A stretch of 64,000 nt of DNA from Chlamydiia bacterium (GTDB lineage: Bacteria; Chlamydiota; Chlamydiia; Chlamydiales; RGXB01): assembly GCA_040382515.1 (NCBI GenBank), contig JBEIFH010000001.1, positions 64,001 through 128,000 on the forward strand. Direction: 5' to 3'. Position numbers and translations under genes: made by a program. The notes under the pieces are model-generated. The model was given only the letters and a program-made list of their open reading frames with translations. It did not search any database and was not told the DNA's origin. Shown one piece after another: positions 37,357-47,619 of this stretch (positions within the stretch are counted from its first letter, which is position 1; each line of letters starts with the position of its first letter).

Positions 37357-38847
37357 ATGGAATTGACAATCAAAGAGAAAAATACCGATAAAAAACAAAA
37401 AGAGCCCTCTAAAACCAAACCGAGGGTCCCTCCCCAATCCAAAGAGGCTGAAAAGCTTGTTTTAGGGATGATGTTTTCTTCTGTCAACGCTTTGAATGTC
37501 GCAGCAGACTCTCTAGTGCCCGAAGACTTTTATTTCAAAGAACACCAACTTGTCTTCCATGTTTTACAAGAAGCCTATCGCAACGATCGCCCGGCTGACG
37601 TGCACCTCGTAAATGAGGAACTCAAACGCAAAGACCAACTCAAAGAGGTCGGGGGAATTGTAGCTTTAACAGAAATTGCCCATTACGCAGGTACATCAGC
37701 CTACATAGAAGAATATGTCAATGTTGTTAAAGACAAAGCTCTTTTACGCCGCATGATCAGCACCGCTTCGGAAATGGAGAAAAAAGCGCAACTAGAGCCT
37801 CAAGATGTCCTCTCTTTTCTTGATGAATGCCAAGCGAAGCTCTACACAATTTCCCAAGAAAAATCGGCCAAAGATGGCTTCATGATCAGAGATATTCTCT
37901 CTGGTGTGCGCGCTACAACAAAACTCCCCTTCTTAAAAGAGTTGCAAGATAGACAAGAGGAGTATTTAACAAAAGGTCCAAATGCGGCCCATTTTACCGG
38001 TTTGCCCACCCATTTTTTCGATGTGGACAAAATGATCAATGGCCTTTGCCCCTCGCAACTATTGATTTTGGCGGCACGTCCGTCGATGGGAAAAACGGCT
38101 TTAGCTCTTAACATCGCACAAAATGTCGCGTTCCGCTCGAAAGAGGCTGTGGGTATATTTTCTCTTGAAATGAACGCCGAAGAACTGCTTCACCGCTTGA
38201 TCTGCTCAGAAAGCGAGGTGGAATCGGAAAAAATCAAAACGGGTTCCCTTGCAGGGGGCGATTACCAAAAAGTTGTTGCTGCTGTCAATGAGATGCAAAA
38301 ACATACAATGATCATCGATGATCAGCCCGGCCTAAAAATTTCCGACCTGCGCTCTAGAGCTCGCCGGATGAAAGAGATGTTCAACATCAAACTTTTGGTG
38401 ATCGACTACCTACAACTCCTAAGTGGACCTAAAGCAAACTACAATTCCGATAACAGACAGAACGAGATCTCAGAGATCTCCCGTATGCTCAAAAATTTGG
38501 CCAGAGAGCTCCATATCCCAGTCATTTGCCTATCCCAGCTTTCACGTAAGGTAGAAGAGCGTCAGGGACACCGGCCAATGCTCTCGGATCTTAGAGAATC
38601 GGGCTCGATTGAGCAGGATGCGGACATCGTGATGTTTCTTTTCAGAAGAGAGTATTACAACCCTCAAGATAAACCGGGGACAGCTGAATTGATCGTTGCA
38701 AAAAACCGCCACGGAAAAGTGGGCGACATCCAGTTGGTTTACAAAAAATCTTTGGCGCTATTCCAAAATTTTGTAGCTCCTCCGATAGAACCCCCTTTAA
38801 ACCAGCAGTTCAATACAAATGCCTTTCAGGCTTTCGCACCAAAATAA
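37357..38847 (+). CDS. dnaB: Replicative DNA helicase
   Basis: AARPSMGKT, FSLEM, IDYLQL, LSQLSR, SDLRESGSIEQDAD, AKNRHG. Confidence 0.97.
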   Translation: MELTIKEKNTDKKQKEPSKTKPRVPPQSKEAEKLVLGMMFSSVNALNVAADSLVPEDFYFKEHQLVFHVLQEAYRNDRPADVHLVNEELKRKDQLKEVGGIVALTEIAHYAGTSAYIEEYVNVVKDKALLRRMISTASEMEKKAQLEPQDVLSFLDECQAKLYTISQEKSAKDGFMIRDILSGVRATTKLPFLKELQDRQEEYLTKGPNAAHFTGLPTHFFDVDKMINGLCPSQLLILAARPSMGKTALALNIAQNVAFRSKEAVGIFSLEMNAEELLHRLICSESEVESEKIKTGSLAGGDYQKVVAAVNEMQKHTMIIDDQPGLKISDLRSRARRMKEMFNIKLLVIDYLQLLSGPKANYNSDNRQNEISEISRMLKNLARELHIPVICLSQLSRKVEERQGHRPMLSDLRESGSIEQDADIVMFLFRREYYNPQDKPGTAELIVAKNRHGKVGDIQLVYKKSLALFQNFVAPPIEPPLNQQFNTNAFQAFAPK

Positions 38848-39071
38848 GGGCAAAATATAAAACTAAACTCCATTTTTTGGAATTGGGGAGAGGTCTAGTA
38901 AATCTATATTTCGTTTATAAAAATTTCGTAAAGAAATTATAATGATACTATTTTAATTATCATCTGCTCTGGTTTTTAAAATTTTTTTATATATATGTAA
39001 AAAAAACCGGCTCTACCCCTTTACCTTTAAAATGAAACAAAGTATGCTTCTTGAATCAAATTGGAGTCAAA

Positions 39072-39161
39072 ATGGCCTCTGTTAAAAAGAAGCGCAAAGC
39101 GAAGATGAATCGCCACAAGTTGAAAAAACTTCGCAAACTCAACAGACACAAGAACCCCTAG
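39072..39161 (+). CDS. Small ribosomal protein bS22 / AURKAIP1-COX24 (mS38-like) family, 29 aa
   Basis: MASVKKKRKAKMNRHKLKKLRKLNRHKNP fits the S(V)xKKRxxKMxxHKxKK pattern. GGAG SD at 39063. Below the ORF-track size cutoff. Confidence 0.85.
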   Translation: MASVKKKRKAKMNRHKLKKLRKLNRHKNP

Positions 39162-39169
39162 TTCTTCCC

Positions 39170-41038
39170 ATGTGGACCTACGAGACATTTTACGATGTTC
39201 TCGTCGTCGGAGCAGGCCATGCCGGCTGTGAAGCTGCGCATGCGGCTGCAAAGATGGGGGCGAGGACACTTTTAGTTACCATGAACTTGGATACTATTGC
39301 CAAGATGAGCTGCAATCCTGCGGTCGGGGGGACCGGTAAAGGGCAAATTGTGCGCGAAATCGATGCAATGGGCGGTATCATGGGTCAAATTATAGATCAA
39401 ACTGCCATCCAATTTAGAATGTTGAACCGTTCTAAAGGTCCCGCCGTTTGGTCTCCTCGTGCCCAGGCGGACAAACACCTGTACGCTCAAAAAATGAAAG
39501 AGACCCTGGAAACAATCCCTAATCTTTTTTTGATGCAAGGGACAATCGAGGATCTGCTTATTGAAAACGGGGCGGTCGTAGGAATCTCTACCAAAGAGGG
39601 GATCGCTTTTCGCTCTTCTACAGTGATTCTCTCCTCTGGAACGTTCATGCAGGGGAAAATACATATAGGATCGACCCAATTTTCGGGTGGAAGAGCCGGA
39701 GATCCCCCCTCTATTGGGCTCTCAAACAGCCTCTCACAACACGGATTGCGGTTGGGTCGACTCAAAACGGGTACCCCTTGCAGAATACACAAAAGGTCCG
39801 TTGATTTTTCCCAATGCGAACGGCAAGATGGTGAGGAGGATGTCCGATTCTCTTTCAAAAAAGGGTTTTTAAAGCTGCCTCAAGTCCCCTGTTATATCAC
39901 CTATACATCCCAAGAAAGTCAAAAAATTGTAGAACAAAACCTCTACAAATCGGCTGGCTACTCCAAAAAAATGGTAGGCCCGCGCTACTGCCCCTCTATC
40001 GAGGATAAAATTGTCCGATTCAGCGATAAGGAGCGTCATCAAATATTTATTGAGCCGGAAGGGCTATACACCCAAGAGCTCTACTTGAACGGGATCTCAA
40101 CCTCTTTGCCATTTGATGTGCAAGTACCGCTCATCCGATCGATTGCAGGTTTACAGAACGCTGAGATTGTACGCCCGGCGTATGCGATCGAATACGATTA
40201 CGTAAAAAGCGGCCAGCTACAGCTTTCTCTTGAGACCAAAACTATCGAGGGATTATTTTTAGCCGGCCAAATCAATGGCACGACAGGTTACGAAGAGGCG
40301 GCAGGCCAAGGTTTTATTGCCGGGGTGAATGCTGCTTTAAAAGTGCAAGGGCGCCCCCCCTTCATTTTGAGCCCACAGGAGTCGTACATAGGGGTCATGA
40401 TTGAAGACATCGTATCGATGGAATTGACCGAACCCTACCGGATGTTTACCAGCCGGGCCGGCGCTCGCCTTCTTTTAAGACAAGACAACGCGGATCTTAG
40501 ACTTTCCCACTACGGCTATCAGCTAGGTGGGCTTGTCACAAAAGAGGAGATAGAGGCGCTAGATCTTAAAAAACAGAAGATCAAAGAGGCTATCCAACTA
40601 CTCAAAAGACATGTCCAGGTTGAAGACCGGAGCTATACCTTGCAACAGATGATTGCACGGCCCGACAAAAGCTACTTGTCAGTACAACAAGACTACCCCC
40701 ACTTAGTCCCGGATCTTGAAGAAGAGACCCGTTTTCAGGTAGAGCTTGAGCTCAAATACGCCGGTTACATCAGGCGTCAAGAGGAGGAAAACCAAAAACT
40801 CAAAGATCTCGACGCTATCAGTATTCCTGAAGGGATGGATTTTGAACTCGTTAAAGGGTTAAGAAATGAAGCTAGAGAGACATTAAAAAGGGTTCAGCCT
40901 TTGCATTTGGGCCAAATTGGGAGGCTTCCGGGGATCACTATAGCCGATCTGAACATTCTATTTGTGGCTATTAGAGGCTTTAGAAAAAATCCCCACCAAG
41001 CATCAGTCGCAACACTTCAAGAGACGGTTGTGTCGTAG
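39170..41038 (+). CDS. mnmG: tRNA uridine-5-carboxymethylaminomethyl modification enzyme MnmG (GidA)
   Basis: GAGHAGCEAA, MSCNPAVGG, RLKTGTP, GPRYCPSIEDK, GQINGTTGYEEAA. Confidence 0.97.
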   Translation: MWTYETFYDVLVVGAGHAGCEAAHAAAKMGARTLLVTMNLDTIAKMSCNPAVGGTGKGQIVREIDAMGGIMGQIIDQTAIQFRMLNRSKGPAVWSPRAQADKHLYAQKMKETLETIPNLFLMQGTIEDLLIENGAVVGISTKEGIAFRSSTVILSSGTFMQGKIHIGSTQFSGGRAGDPPSIGLSNSLSQHGLRLGRLKTGTPCRIHKRSVDFSQCERQDGEEDVRFSFKKGFLKLPQVPCYITYTSQESQKIVEQNLYKSAGYSKKMVGPRYCPSIEDKIVRFSDKERHQIFIEPEGLYTQELYLNGISTSLPFDVQVPLIRSIAGLQNAEIVRPAYAIEYDYVKSGQLQLSLETKTIEGLFLAGQINGTTGYEEAAGQGFIAGVNAALKVQGRPPFILSPQESYIGVMIEDIVSMELTEPYRMFTSRAGARLLLRQDNADLRLSHYGYQLGGLVTKEEIEALDLKKQKIKEAIQLLKRHVQVEDRSYTLQQMIARPDKSYLSVQQDYPHLVPDLEEETRFQVELELKYAGYIRRQEEENQKLKDLDAISIPEGMDFELVKGLRNEARETLKRVQPLHLGQIGRLPGITIADLNILFVAIRGFRKNPHQASVATLQETVVS

Positions 41039-41151
41039 ACAACCTGGCTCGACAGACTCCTCTTGAGTTTTTCTATAGGCTTATAAATTAGGCTTGATTG
41101 CAAAAATTCTCTTATCCATATAGTCTTTTAAAATAAAAAAAAAGAGCCTCC

Positions 41152-41838
41152 ATGAAAACGCTCCGTGTTGTGAAATTAAAAAACATGCCTATTTTCAATA
41201 TGCTTGCTCTCGAAGAGCATCTATTAGAGGGGCCTTGTGAAAATATTTTGTTAGTCAACTACGGAACGCCTGATGCGATTGTGCTAGGGAAATCAAATGA
41301 TCGTCATGCCCTGGTCGTGGAGAATCCGAACGTCCCCCTTATCCGTCGGTTTTCAGGGGGTGGGACCGTCTATGTCGACTCGTCAACCATTTTTATAAGC
41401 TGGATCTTATCGAAAGAACTAGAAGAGGCAAAATGTGTAGATACCCTTTTCAATTGGACAGTCGATGGATTCAAAAAAGCGCACCCGAACCTACCAATAG
41501 ACCGTATAGAAACCGATTACGTACTTGAAAAGAATAAAGTTGGTGGCACGGCACAATATGTAAAAAAAGATCGTATTTTGCACCATACCAGCTTTCTATT
41601 TGATTTCTCGAATGAGAAGCTTTCACTCCTTAAAACACCCCAAAAGGCACCGGCATATAGACAAAATCGCCCCCACGCCACCTTTGTCACCTCTTTAAAG
41701 AGCCACTTCACAAAACCGCAAGATTTTGTAGATCCCTATCTTGAGGAGCTCACAAAGGAATTTTCCTTAAGAGAAATTTCGATGCTTGAAATTTTACAAG
41801 ACCTCAAAAGTCCAAAACAAACCGTATACCTTGAGTGA
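41152..41838 (+). CDS. lplA: Lipoate--protein ligase family protein
   Basis: IRRFSGGGTVYVD, KVGGTAQ, HHTSFL, P.YRQNRPH. Confidence 0.88.
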   Translation: MKTLRVVKLKNMPIFNMLALEEHLLEGPCENILLVNYGTPDAIVLGKSNDRHALVVENPNVPLIRRFSGGGTVYVDSSTIFISWILSKELEEAKCVDTLFNWTVDGFKKAHPNLPIDRIETDYVLEKNKVGGTAQYVKKDRILHHTSFLFDFSNEKLSLLKTPQKAPAYRQNRPHATFVTSLKSHFTKPQDFVDPYLEELTKEFSLREISMLEILQDLKSPKQTVYLE

Positions 41839-41867
41839 CCTTCTTTAAGGCCCGGTTGAGTATAGAT

Positions 41868-42635
41868 CTACTCCTCAGGGCTATTGGAGCCAAAAAACTC
41901 TTTGAACGCATGAGAAGTTACCTGATCCCCTAATTCCGCAATAGCTTCCACAAGATCAATTTTTTTCGGGCAGACTTGTACACAATTTTGCGCTTTACTA
42001 CACTCATGCAACCCCCCTTTTCCCATCATGGTATCCAACCTCTCCTCCTTGTTGGATTTTCCATTTGGGTGCAAGTTGAACAGTCTTGCCTGTCCCACCA
42101 CCGCAGCACCGACAAACTGTGTTGTTTTTGTGTAGTTCGGACAAGCAACAAGGCAGCAGCCACAGCTCATACAAGTCGATAGCTCGTACATCACCTCTTG
42201 CGTCTTCGGAAGAATTTTCGGACCAAATTTGGTGCTTCGACTCCCGTCTACCTCGCTCCAGCCTTTGATCCTTTTCAAATCGTCAAAAATTCTAGATCGA
42301 TCAATCACAAGATCCCGTATAAGAGGGTAACAATCAAAAGGGGCCAGATGTATCCTATCAGTCCCGGTCTCGTCTAAAATAGGCTGTATCATCGCTGTAC
42401 AGGATTGTCTCGGGATACCATTGATAAGCATCGAACAGGACCCGCAGACCTCCTCGAGGCAAGCTTGCTCCCAGACTACCGGTGTCGTCAGTTCCCCTTT
42501 TTTGTTGATCGGCCGCTTTTGGATCTCCATCAAAGCGGTGATCACGTTCATTAAAGGGGTAAGCTCCAGCTCAAACTCCTCAATATACTGGTTTCCTTCA
42601 GTTCCTCGAAGAATTTGTAGGGTGAACGATTTCAT
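41868..42635 (-). CDS. sdhB: Succinate dehydrogenase iron-sulfur subunit
   Basis: CLEEVCGSC, CMSCGCCLVACP, CSKAQNCVQVCP. Confidence 0.95.
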   Translation of the reverse strand: MKSFTLQILRGTEGNQYIEEFELELTPLMNVITALMEIQKRPINKKGELTTPVVWEQACLEEVCGSCSMLINGIPRQSCTAMIQPILDETGTDRIHLAPFDCYPLIRDLVIDRSRIFDDLKRIKGWSEVDGSRSTKFGPKILPKTQEVMYELSTCMSCGCCLVACPNYTKTTQFVGAAVVGQARLFNLHPNGKSNKEERLDTMMGKGGLHECSKAQNCVQVCPKKIDLVEAIAELGDQVTSHAFKEFFGSNSPEE

Positions 42636-42644
42636 CTGAGCTCC

Positions 42645-44534
42645 TCACACGTAAGCCGGTAAATTTGAGGGAATTTTAGAGAGGTCAAGGCTCTCCAAAG
42701 TCACTTTTTTCTTATAATCCCGTTTTGCCACAGTAAAGTATCTGGTGTCAACGTCACGGAAGCTCATGACAGGCTCCTCCCGATTCGGGTCATAGGTCGC
42801 TATCGTATGTTTTAAGAAATGCACATCATCCCGATTGGGAAACTCGGGCTTAAAATGCCCTCCGCGCGATTCATCACGTAAAAGGGCCCCTTTTGCTATA
42901 ACGAGTGCAATTTCTAGCATCCCTCTGAACTGATTTGCAAAAATAAATGTTTGATTCAGCTCATTTGATGTGTCATCAAGACGGATATTTTTATACCTTT
43001 GCCGTATTTTCTTGATCTCCTGCACCGCTTTTTCTAAAGACTCATTATGACGCACCACGGTACAATCACGCACCAAGATCTCGGAAAGCTCTTCATGGAG
43101 CTGGTGGATGTTTTCCACACCCTTTTTTGACATGAGCTCATGCTTGAAAGCCTGCTCTTTTGCCAACGCCCTTTCAAAAACTTCCTCTGGTATTTCCTTG
43201 TAATCTTTTTTCAACTGGTGGAAATAGGGCTGCATCTCATCCCCCACAACAAGCCCGTCAAAAATACACGAAATCAAAGAATTTCCCCCAAGGCGGTTTG
43301 CTCCGTGGATTCCATATTGGGATTCTCCCACATTGAAGCATCCGGTAAGATTTGTCATGTACTTAAACCTTAAATGCCGGTCCCCATCCTCTTCGGCAGG
43401 ATAATCGACAAAAGCCCCTCCCATCGTGTAGTGCACTCCGGGGTAAATTTTCATTGGCTTCACTTTAGGATCTTCACCGGTAAATTTTTGGTAAATTTCA
43501 AAAACAGACTGGAATTTTTTCACTAAAGACTCATCAAAACCGGTGCAGTCGAGATAGACCTGTTTATGCCCCTCAACCCCAAGCCCCAATTCACAAACCT
43601 GGTGAATCGCCCTAGCGGCAATATCGCGCGGCACAAGATTTCCCAATAGCTTGTACATATCCTCTAAAAAATACCAGCGCTCCCCCGTTTTACCACAAGG
43701 TATCCAATTCCCGTTTTCATCTTTGATCTGTTTTGTCTCATCACCAAAGACCCAAACACGGGCAAATCCCCGCAGTGTTTCAGTCATAAGACGTAACTTA
43801 TCATGGCCAGGAATCGAGGTTGGATGGATCTGTATAAATTCCCCGTTTGCATACTCCATTCCCTGCATGAACAAGCGACCGTTGGCAGCGCCGGTGCAAA
43901 TCGTGGAGTTGGTGCTTTTTTTGAACATAAAGCCCAGTCCGCCGGTGCCGATAATCACCGCGTTGGCTTTTAGAACTTCCAACTTGAGATTATAATGGTC
44001 CATCAAAATAATCCCGCGTGCAATCCCTTCTTCATCTAATACGAGGCGCATAAATTCATGGTGCTCATATTTTTTGACAAGCCCCTTCACCTCATAACGG
44101 CGCACCTGCTCGTCAAGTGCGTATAATAGCTGTTGTCCCGTAGAAGATCCGCAATACACCGTTCTGTTGAATGTGGTCCCCCCGAACCGCCTTACATCCA
44201 GCCCCCCCTCGAGATTTCGATTGAATGTGCAGCCAAACCGATCAAGCATTTTGATGATTTGGGGAGCCGCCAAACACATCTCCACGACTTGAGGCTGGTT
44301 GGCAAGAAAATCGCCCCCTTTCACTGTTTCATAGGCATGGATGTAGGGTGAATCTCCCTCATTTTTTAAGTTGACCGCTGCGTTGATCCCCCCTTGGGCA
44401 CAAACGGAATGGCTCCTTTTTACTTTAGTTAAAGAAACCAGGTGGACCAAAATCCCGTGTTCCGCCAATCGCATCGCAGCCGAAAGGCCTGCAAGCCCTC
44501 CACCCACTACAATCACTTCCTGTTGTATTGCCAT
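42645..44534 (-). CDS. sdhA: Succinate dehydrogenase flavoprotein subunit
   Basis: GGGLAG, RSHSVCAQGGIN, QIHPT, HYTMGG, HGANRLGGNS. Confidence 0.96.
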   Translation of the reverse strand: MAIQQEVIVVGGGLAGLSAAMRLAEHGILVHLVSLTKVKRSHSVCAQGGINAAVNLKNEGDSPYIHAYETVKGGDFLANQPQVVEMCLAAPQIIKMLDRFGCTFNRNLEGGLDVRRFGGTTFNRTVYCGSSTGQQLLYALDEQVRRYEVKGLVKKYEHHEFMRLVLDEEGIARGIILMDHYNLKLEVLKANAVIIGTGGLGFMFKKSTNSTICTGAANGRLFMQGMEYANGEFIQIHPTSIPGHDKLRLMTETLRGFARVWVFGDETKQIKDENGNWIPCGKTGERWYFLEDMYKLLGNLVPRDIAARAIHQVCELGLGVEGHKQVYLDCTGFDESLVKKFQSVFEIYQKFTGEDPKVKPMKIYPGVHYTMGGAFVDYPAEEDGDRHLRFKYMTNLTGCFNVGESQYGIHGANRLGGNSLISCIFDGLVVGDEMQPYFHQLKKDYKEIPEEVFERALAKEQAFKHELMSKKGVENIHQLHEELSEILVRDCTVVRHNESLEKAVQEIKKIRQRYKNIRLDDTSNELNQTFIFANQFRGMLEIALVIAKGALLRDESRGGHFKPEFPNRDDVHFLKHTIATYDPNREEPVMSFRDVDTRYFTVAKRDYKKKVTLESLDLSKIPSNLPAYV

Positions 44535-44537
44535 AGG

Positions 44538-45539
44538 TCAGCTCCTCAAATTGATCCAATAAGTTCCCCAAACTGCGCTCAAGCCCAAAAAGCCCAATAA
44601 AAACATCAGCCCAACGCAAACTTTTAACATCCGCCTTTGGGAGACCTGTTTTACGACAAGCCCCCAGGTAATTGTAAACGCCCACAGACCATTAAACCCG
44701 TGAAAGACTGCAGCAGCAACAAAAATCGTATATAAAATTGCCTTGATGGGACTTTTGAAGACATCTCTGACATTCATCAATTGTGAAGTTCCAAAAGAGT
44801 TCGTCACTAAAATCACCTGATTGGGTTCAAGCTCCCTCTTTGTCAATCCCTGGTAAAATTCCTCCATCTCGACCGCTTTACCCTTTTGTTTTCCCAGCTC
44901 GGATGCTTCCAAATTATACTGTAAGCCACCCCCGTCGATCTCTTTCGCCCGCTGGTCAACAAGGGTCTGTTGCCCCAGCTCTTTGTTGAGAGCATCTTTA
45001 TATTCTGTAATAGCTGCAGCATCATACAGCGAAAAACCCAACCTGTCTTGCAGCGAGTAAAGTCCGCTATCGAAGGAGATACGGGTGAAAAAAAGCCTAT
45101 TACTCCCCTCCTTAGCCTCGGCAGGATACAGATAGAAACGAAAAAGGGCGACATGAGCTATGATTCCGAACAACAAAATCCAGGCAGTCCACTTCTGAAA
45201 GGTGTAAGCCCTGCTCCTTGTATAGGACATATAGGGTCTTGACCCCTCTTTAGAGCCAAAAGAATTGGATCTGCCGTACAAGGCTTTTTGGATCCCGATA
45301 ATAGCGTGGTACACGATCGGCACACCGATAAACGTCAGCTCCACAACTTGTAGATAGGGCAAGTCATGTATAAAATTGACCATCCGGACAAAACCGGCCC
45401 CGTCATCTCCGATTAAGAGAGCCGCTTGTGAATTTGTTAAGAGATGCTCAAAAAGGAAAATCACAATCAGCAAACCGGTCAAAGAGTGCAAACGTGATAG
45501 AATAAATTCTTTTGGTAGGTTGTTTTTACGGGGATCCAT
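44538..45539 (-). CDS. sdhC: Succinate dehydrogenase cytochrome b558 subunit
   Basis: RLHSLTG, FEHLLTN, FHGFNGLW; upstream of sdhA; long periplasmic insert. Confidence 0.9.
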   Translation of the reverse strand: MDPRKNNLPKEFILSRLHSLTGLLIVIFLFEHLLTNSQAALLIGDDGAGFVRMVNFIHDLPYLQVVELTFIGVPIVYHAIIGIQKALYGRSNSFGSKEGSRPYMSYTRSRAYTFQKWTAWILLFGIIAHVALFRFYLYPAEAKEGSNRLFFTRISFDSGLYSLQDRLGFSLYDAAAITEYKDALNKELGQQTLVDQRAKEIDGGGLQYNLEASELGKQKGKAVEMEEFYQGLTKRELEPNQVILVTNSFGTSQLMNVRDVFKSPIKAILYTIFVAAAVFHGFNGLWAFTITWGLVVKQVSQRRMLKVCVGLMFLLGFLGLSAVWGTYWINLRS

Positions 45540-45679
45540 GTCTGTTTTCTACTTACTTTACAATAATTGCTTTGAAACCTTGCCAAGAAATGTTTCTTAG
45601 CTTCGTCCTTGTCCAACGGTTAGTGAATTTTTAAGGTATCTTGTATTAAACGTGGTTTAAACGTTTTTTTGAAGGAAAA

Positions 45680-46420
45680 TTACAATCCAAAAAGCTCTTT
45701 AGAAGTTTTAACTATTTTTTCCTCAACTTCCGCTCTTGTTTTTTTTTGGAGCCGGGCAATTTTCTCTATGATGTAAGGGATATAGGCCGGCTCGTTTGTT
45801 TTACCACGGAACGGTTCGGGGGCAAGCCAGGGGGCATCCGTCTCCACCAGCATCTGTTCAAGAGGGACGCTTGCAGCAATCTCCTGCATCTGGGTGGCGT
45901 TCTTGAAGGTGACCACTCCGCTGAAAGAGAGATAAAAACCTTTTTCAAGAGCCCAACGAGCTACCTCAAAAGAGCCCGCAAAACAGTGAAGAATCCCTTT
46001 TTTTACCCGATTTTTTTCGATGAAATCGATCAATTCCTGATAGGCATTCCTACAATGAATTGAAAGGGGCAAATCCAAATCGTTGGCCAACTCAATATGT
46101 TTTTTAAAGTACTCTTTTTGAATCGCCAGATGCTCCTGTGAATGGTGCAAATCGAGACCGGTTTCTCCAATCGCAACAATCTTCTTGCTAGATGCAAGCC
46201 CACAAATTAGGTCAAAATGCCCATTTTCCACCTCGTGCGCATGGCAAGGGTGAATCCCTGCCACCGCCGGTACCGTCGGATATTCCTGGTGAATTTTCAG
46301 TCCCCTCTCTATATCCTTCACGTCGATGCAGATATTGATTACGTGGTCTACCCCGTTCTCGAAAGCCCTTTTGAGAACTTCCTTGTAATCTTCTCCCAAA
46401 TGGCAGTGCGTATCAATCAT
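45680..46420 (-). CDS. tatD: TatD family hydrolase
   Basis: IDTHCH, GIHP, AIGETGLD, IHCR, LHCF, VETDAP. Confidence 0.95.
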   Translation of the reverse strand: MIDTHCHLGEDYKEVLKRAFENGVDHVINICIDVKDIERGLKIHQEYPTVPAVAGIHPCHAHEVENGHFDLICGLASSKKIVAIGETGLDLHHSQEHLAIQKEYFKKHIELANDLDLPLSIHCRNAYQELIDFIEKNRVKKGILHCFAGSFEVARWALEKGFYLSFSGVVTFKNATQMQEIAASVPLEQMLVETDAPWLAPEPFRGKTNEPAYIPYIIEKIARLQKKTRAEVEEKIVKTSKELFGL

Positions 46421-46505
46421 TGACAAGTAGCCTCCGAATCAGTAGGTTGGATAACAAGTAAACTCTCTATAACGATAAATTTACCCATCCCTAAACGAGA
46501 TAATT

Positions 46506-47204
46506 ATGACATCCATTTACATTTTTGTCAGCGCATTTAAGGATTCCGACGGCTTCGGTAAAATCATTTTTTTGCTCCTTTTTTCACTCTCGTTTCTCTC
46601 CTGGTTTATTTTGATTTTTAAAGCTCGCCAGTTTGGTAAGCTGGAAAAAGAGATGCAAACTTTTCTTCTCAATTTTGAAAAAAAAGAGCATCCGATTCTA
46701 GAAAAATCCATTTTAGAAACCCTCACCTCCAATCCGATGTTCTCTCTCTACAAACAATTTAAAAAATGCACGATAGACCTATTGGAACGTAATCGCCAGC
46801 TCGATAGGGTGGAAGAAAACTTTTTAACCAGATCCGATGTGGAGATGCTGGAGAACTATCTGGATCAAAAAGTTTTGCTGAACAGCAAAGATTTGGATAA
46901 AAACCTTTTCATCCTCTCTACCTCCATATCCTTGGCCCCATTTTTAGGAATTTTAGGGACGGTTTGGGGCTTGCTCGTGAGCCTTACCGGTCTTGGAAAA
47001 GGTGTATCAGCCCTTTCGAACCAGGTTGTGATGGGTGGCCTTTCCACCGCTCTGGCCACTACGGTAATAGGCCTTCTAATAGCGATACCGGCACTCATCG
47101 GCTATAATTACTTGAAATCGAAAGCAAAAGAAATGACTCTATCGATGGGCTCTTTTTGCGCTCTACTCGTGCACGAGGTAGAGATGGGATATCGAAGGGA
47201 TTGA
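46506..47204 (+). CDS. tolQ: MotA/TolQ/ExbB proton channel
   Basis: APFLGILGTVWG, ALATTVIGLLIAIPA; first gene of the tol-pal cluster. Confidence 0.88.
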   Translation: MTSIYIFVSAFKDSDGFGKIIFLLLFSLSFLSWFILIFKARQFGKLEKEMQTFLLNFEKKEHPILEKSILETLTSNPMFSLYKQFKKCTIDLLERNRQLDRVEENFLTRSDVEMLENYLDQKVLLNSKDLDKNLFILSTSISLAPFLGILGTVWGLLVSLTGLGKGVSALSNQVVMGGLSTALATTVIGLLIAIPALIGYNYLKSKAKEMTLSMGSFCALLVHEVEMGYRRD

Positions 47205-47208
47205 CCGG

Positions 47209-47619
47209 ATGCGAAAACGCTTTCTCGACGAAATAGCCGAAGAAACAGACCTCATCAACCTTACCCCCCTGATTGATGTTCTTTTCACAGTCCTAGTATT
47301 GTTTATTGTTATCTCCCCATTTTTGGACATCGAATCGATCCAGTTAGCCCAAAAAGGGGTGGAGGCAAACGGGCAAAGGGAAAAAAGGAAGATCCGTATT
47401 TTTGTCCAAAAAACGGGTCAAATTAAAATCAACGATACGCCGGTGACACTGAAACAGCTCCCAGGCGTTCTAGACGAACTAAAAAAATCATTCCGTGAGG
47501 AGATTCCGGAGCTCTACCAGGATAAGAACTCCTCTTTTGGAACCTATTTGAATGTGAAACATGCGCTGGAACAAGCAGGATTTGAAGAGATGGATCTTGT
47601 GGTCCAACCCGAAGGATAG
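47209..47619 (+). CDS. tolR: TolR/ExbD protein
   Basis: INLTPLIDVLF. Confidence 0.88.
   Translation: MRKRFLDEIAEETDLINLTPLIDVLFTVLVLFIVISPFLDIESIQLAQKGVEANGQREKRKIRIFVQKTGQIKINDTPVTLKQLPGVLDELKKSFREEIPELYQDKNSSFGTYLNVKHALEQAGFEEMDLVVQPEG

Noticed and set aside
38848..39060. oriC in the AT-rich gap upstream of mnmG (gidA)
   Set aside because: No DnaA boxes (TTATCCACA-like) found by eye.
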